Shown here in pieces: positions 62,213-64,000 of a stretch of 64,000 bases of DNA. A program made the position numbers and the translations under genes. The stretch lies in sequence record ON529853.1, one strand, 5' to 3'. Each line of letters starts with the position of its first letter. The stretch's first letter is position 1. The notes under the pieces are model-generated. The model saw nothing but the letters and a program-made list of their open reading frames with translations, was not told where the DNA came from and made no database searches.

Positions 62213-64000
62213 CAGACCGGCTCCAGATCGCCGAACAGCGTCCAGACGTCGGGCGCGGTCTGCACCAGCGACGCCACGGAATGAGGCCTACGCAGACGCG
62301 GCATCATGTCCGCCGGATATTCCAGCGTGACGCCCGCTCCGGCCAGGACCGTGAGGGTCCCGGCGGCGCCGCGTTTCACCGAGACCGAGGCGCCCACAGG
62401 GAAGGCCACAGCCGAATGCGGAGGCACCGTGACGGTCCGGTTGAACGTCGAGGCGAAGGTGCGGAAACCGCGCCGGTCGTCCAGCGTGAGGACATAGTCC
62501 CCGTCTGCTTCAGCCTGGACGCTGATCTTCAACAGGTCCTGCTCGAACGCCGGAGCGAGATCGTCGGTCGTCGTCAGACGCCGCCACCCTTGCACCGGCG
62601 GAGTCGAGACCATGACGATCTGGCCCGGCGCGCCGGGCACACCGGACGCGGGCGTGTTCGTCGGCGGAACGCCAATGCCGATCCCGGTCTGATAGTGGGG
62701 ATCATCCGTACCGCCAGGCACGAGCCGATCGCCCGCAACGAGGGTGCCGACAACGCCTGCGGCTGCGTTCAGGTAGCCAGACCCGCCGCCGCCCGCGCGA
62801 CCATCGCCGCCGCCGCCGCCGCCGCCGTAATAGCCGCCGCCGCCGCCCGCGCCATCGTCCGCCGTCGTCACGAAGCGATCAGCGCCCGCGCCGCCGACGC
62901 CGCCCATCAGGTAGCCGCCGAACTTGTCCGACGCCGCCGGTGTGGCGGCGGCATAACCGCCCGCCGTCTGCGTGCCGCCCGTGCCGCCGCTGCTGCTGGC
63001 GTTTTGACCCGCCACGCCGCCGCCGGCGCCGCCGGCCGTGACATAGCCGCTGCCGCCGCCGCCGCCGCCAGCGACCGCCATCAGGACGCCATTCTTCCAT
63101 ACACGGGCCGAACCGCCGCCGCCGCCGGGCATGACGTCGCCCATGCGGCCTTCGCCGCCGTCAGGCCAGCCGCCGAAGCCCGCGCCAACAGACCCCGGCG
63201 TGCGAATCCCTGCGCCGCCGCCCGTGGGAACGTCCAGTTCGATGACGTCACCGTCCGCGACCGGAATGGTCGCCACGGTGAACCCGCCTGCGCCTGACGT
63301 TCCCCCCTGGGAGCCGCTATAGGAGCCGCCGCCGCCGCCCGCGCCCCACATGTGGAACGTCAGGCTGGTGTAGGGTCCGACGACCGTGAAGGTCTGCCGG
63401 GCGCCGGTGGCCTGATAGGTCTGGGTCGCGGGCAGGGTGTTGGGCACCAGAGTCGCAACCCAGGCCTCGCCAATGTCGTCGCGACGCTGATAGATGGTCC
63501 CGAGCGGCGCGACGACTTCCGGCTCGCCCGTGCCGGCCACGCCGGTTTCCGGCGTTTCCGGCGTCCACTGGCCGTCCCGGTAGGTCAGCACCGTCCCTTG
63601 AGTCGCCGCCGTGTCGGCGACGTTGACCAGGTCCGTCAGCGACAGATTTCCGGTATAGCGCGACCACCCGCCCTGCGGCTCCGCCGGCCCCTTCAGGATC
63701 ACGGAGACAAAGCCCGCCTCCGTCATGCCCGTGAAGGCCGCCTTCGGGGCGATCGACGCGGAAGCCGAGACGACGGCCGAAGCCAGGACGGCGCGGCGGT
63801 TTGAAGTGCTCACCGTGCCGGAGTCCTGCGCCAGGACGGTCCAGGGCGCGGTGACCGTCAGGGTCGCCGAGGACGGTCGTACGGCATAGAGCGCCAGGGC
63901 CAGAGAATCATGGTTCTCCGGGGCCGTCAGCGGTGCGCGGTCGACCCCGGAGGCCGACGCCAGGTAGGTCGTCTGATCTTCCCAGACGATTCCCGCGACG
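62212..64000 (-). CDS. Glycine-rich virion/tail fibre protein, 5' partial
   Basis: The frame stays open from 63999 through the listed GTG at 63813, so the start lies outside the window. Same Gly-rich blocks as the neighbour. Confidence 0.7.
   Translation of the reverse strand, partial: VAGIVWEDQTTYLASASGVDRAPLTAPENHDSLALALYAVRPSSATLTVTAPWTVLAQDSGTVSTSNRRAVLASAVVSASASIAPKAAFTGMTEAGFVSVILKGPAEPQGGWSRYTGNLSLTDLVNVADTAATQGTVLTYRDGQWTPETPETGVAGTGEPEVVAPLGTIYQRRDDIGEAWVATLVPNTLPATQTYQATGARQTFTVVGPYTSLTFHMWGAGGGGGSYSGSQGGTSGAGGFTVATIPVADGDVIELDVPTGGGAGIRTPGSVGAGFGGWPDGGEGRMGDVMPGGGGGSARVWKNGVLMAVAGGGGGGSGYVTAGGAGGGVAGQNASSSGGTGGTQTAGGYAAATPAASDKFGGYLMGGVGGAGADRFVTTADDGAGGGGGYYGGGGGGGDGRAGGGGSGYLNAAAGVVGTLVAGDRLVPGGTDDPHYQTGIGIGVPPTNTPASGVPGAPGQIVMVSTPPVQGWRRLTTTDDLAPAFEQDLLKISVQAEADGDYVLTLDDRRGFRTFASTFNRTVTVPPHSAVAFPVGASVSVKRGAAGTLTVLAGAGVTLEYPADMMPRLRRPHSVASLVQTAPDVWTLFGDLEPV

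Overview
This is a GC-rich bacteriophage genome segment, most consistent with a large phiCbK-like siphophage of Caulobacter/Brevundimonas-type Alphaproteobacteria. The assignment is an inference from gene content (rIIA/rIIB, T7-like Pol A, tyrosine recombinase), CtrA-type TTAACCAT boxes at promoters, and an alphaproteobacterial-style two-piece tmRNA. Layout from left to right: DNA ligase and small genes (1-5.5 kb); primase-helicase and recombinase (5.8-10.3 kb); an accessory operon with rIIA/B, nucleotidyltransferase, NADAR-like protein, RNA ligase and SNF2 helicase (11.5-25.5 kb); a dense non-coding RNA island (25.5-31.3 kb); nucleotide metabolism and replication genes (32.5-54 kb); a second non-coding block (54.1-55.2 kb); a lysis cassette with two endolysins; an aaRS-like gene; and glycine-rich virion proteins. 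The RNA island is the main result. A Ro60/Rsr (TROVE) gene is preceded directly by five tandem, long-stemmed Y-RNA-like elements that share a (G/A)UGG(C/U)G motif, and three of them carry circularly permuted tRNA domains. The island also holds a permuted tmRNA with its own tag peptide, two tRNAs with atypical long variable arms, two more permuted tRNA modules and several unassigned structured RNAs. All RNA structures were folded by eye, and all protein calls come from motif recognition without database searches.
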